DNA of 53,387 bases from Paramecium tetraurelia. Lineage: Eukaryota. Location of the stretch: assembly GCA_000165425.1 (NCBI GenBank), contig CT868563.1:372001-425387 (forward strand). Direction: 5' to 3'. Of the stretch, positions 52,300 to 53,387 are shown in pieces; within the stretch, counting starts at the first letter, position 1; every line of letters starts with the position of its first letter. The notes under the pieces are model-generated. The model made no database searches. It saw only the letters and a list, made by a program, of their open reading frames with translations, and was not told the DNA's origin. The position numbers and the translations under genes are program-made.

Positions 52300-53387
52300 C
52301 AAAGTTCTCAGGACTCTCCTGTATTTAAATATTATTAGGAATATATTCTCTTCTTCATCGTAAGATTATTGTAACAGTCGCTAAAATAATTAAAAGACTG
52401 TGATTCAAGCATACTTATAAATGTTTTTTAAAGAATACCAAATAGAATCAGCATTTTTATTTTAATTTACCTTTACTTGTATCTAAGATTAGAGTACTAT
52501 ACAAACATATTTCCTTATCTTGGCTTGATATTGAGACCATTAATCATCAAGATTGACAAACAGCAATAAAGTCTTTCTAATTTAATTACTGATTTTTTTC
52601 AAAGAGACAATTACTATTCCTATATTCATAATAGATGCTTAATCAAAACGGCCTTTATTCCATACTAATTAAATCGAATCTGAATTCAATTATTCCCGAA
52701 CTAATCAGATACTCTTCAATAATTTCAAGATTCTACTCATAGATAACTTTGATGAATAAAAAATTATACACTAAAACTGGATATTTAGCTCAATATTCTA
52801 AACTACAAATAATTTCAAACGAAGACTTTCTTATATAGATACCCTTAACATAAAAAGATTTCTACATTTATTCATGACTAAATTAATGAAGATAGATAGG
52901 AATTTGTAATTTAAAGTCCCAAAAGTCAGGGTGATACACTTAAACATCAACATTCTAATTAATTTAATGATGATAAAGCTTTTTTATTCCTTTCATTTCA
53001 AACAAATGATTTATTGCACAGGAAAAAGAGGAAATTTGGATAATTTAGAGATAGCCAATATCTATTAGATAAGATTCATGAATTAAAATAAAAAAACAAA
53101 TATTTAAGTCTAACATTGTATTTGGGATTAAGAGAAGCCTTTATGATATCATTAAGAGATTTAAGAGATCAATAAATGATAGACATATTGAACGATGAAT
53201 TAGAAGAGAGTAGAAGGAAGAATCAAAATGAGTATTAGGTCTTAGCTACTGTGTTCCATGATTTTAGAACTCCTATGAATGGTATTTCAACCATAGTGGT
53301 AGCGATGGAAGAGAAATTTGAGATTGATTTATGAAGGGATACTATTTGAGAGTCATAAAGGGAAATGTATATTTGATGTTGTATTAT
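52300..53387 (+). pseudogene. Frameshifted sensor histidine kinase (HisKA) relic, runs off window end
   Basis: H-box VLATVFHDFRTPMNGI is followed by an in-frame TGA at 53332-53334. The expected second DHp helix (YLRVIKGNVYLMLY) is in another frame. The upstream region has a further frame break and stops; the start boundary is approximate. Confidence 0.65.

Overview
AT-rich, gene-dense ciliate DNA, almost certainly Paramecium macronuclear chromosome. It uses genetic code 6 (TAA/TAG = Gln, TGA the only stop) and has tiny 17-29 nt GT..AG introns and very short intergenic spacers. The supplied standard-code ORF track is therefore mostly fragments or antisense artefacts, and I re-translated the genes by hand. 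About 27 protein genes are supported. Recognisable ones are PIG-L deacetylase, a guanylate kinase with an N-terminal D/D domain, a CFAP96-like protein, SmD2, two AGC kinases, a kinesin with degenerate motor motifs, a Rab, a copine, an M1 aminopeptidase of actinobacterial PepN type, an ODF3/SHIPPO-repeat protein, a RING protein, RPL31, DHFR-TS, a Tousled-like kinase, a PUF protein, an UNC-93/MFS-like transporter, a large acidic secreted protein, WDR75/Utp17, a bacterial-type S11 D-Ala-D-Ala carboxypeptidase, a DUF1295 protein and a SEC14/CRAL-TRIO protein. A frameshifted histidine-kinase relic runs off the right end. The most notable items are the intron-containing, signal-less penicillin-binding-protein-family gene with intact catalytic motifs, a protein joining an MLKL/RPW8-like helical N-terminus to an FHA domain, and the motif-degenerate kinesin. 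I saw no RNA genes, transposons, telomeric repeats or obvious IESs. All family assignments come from motif recognition, not database searches.
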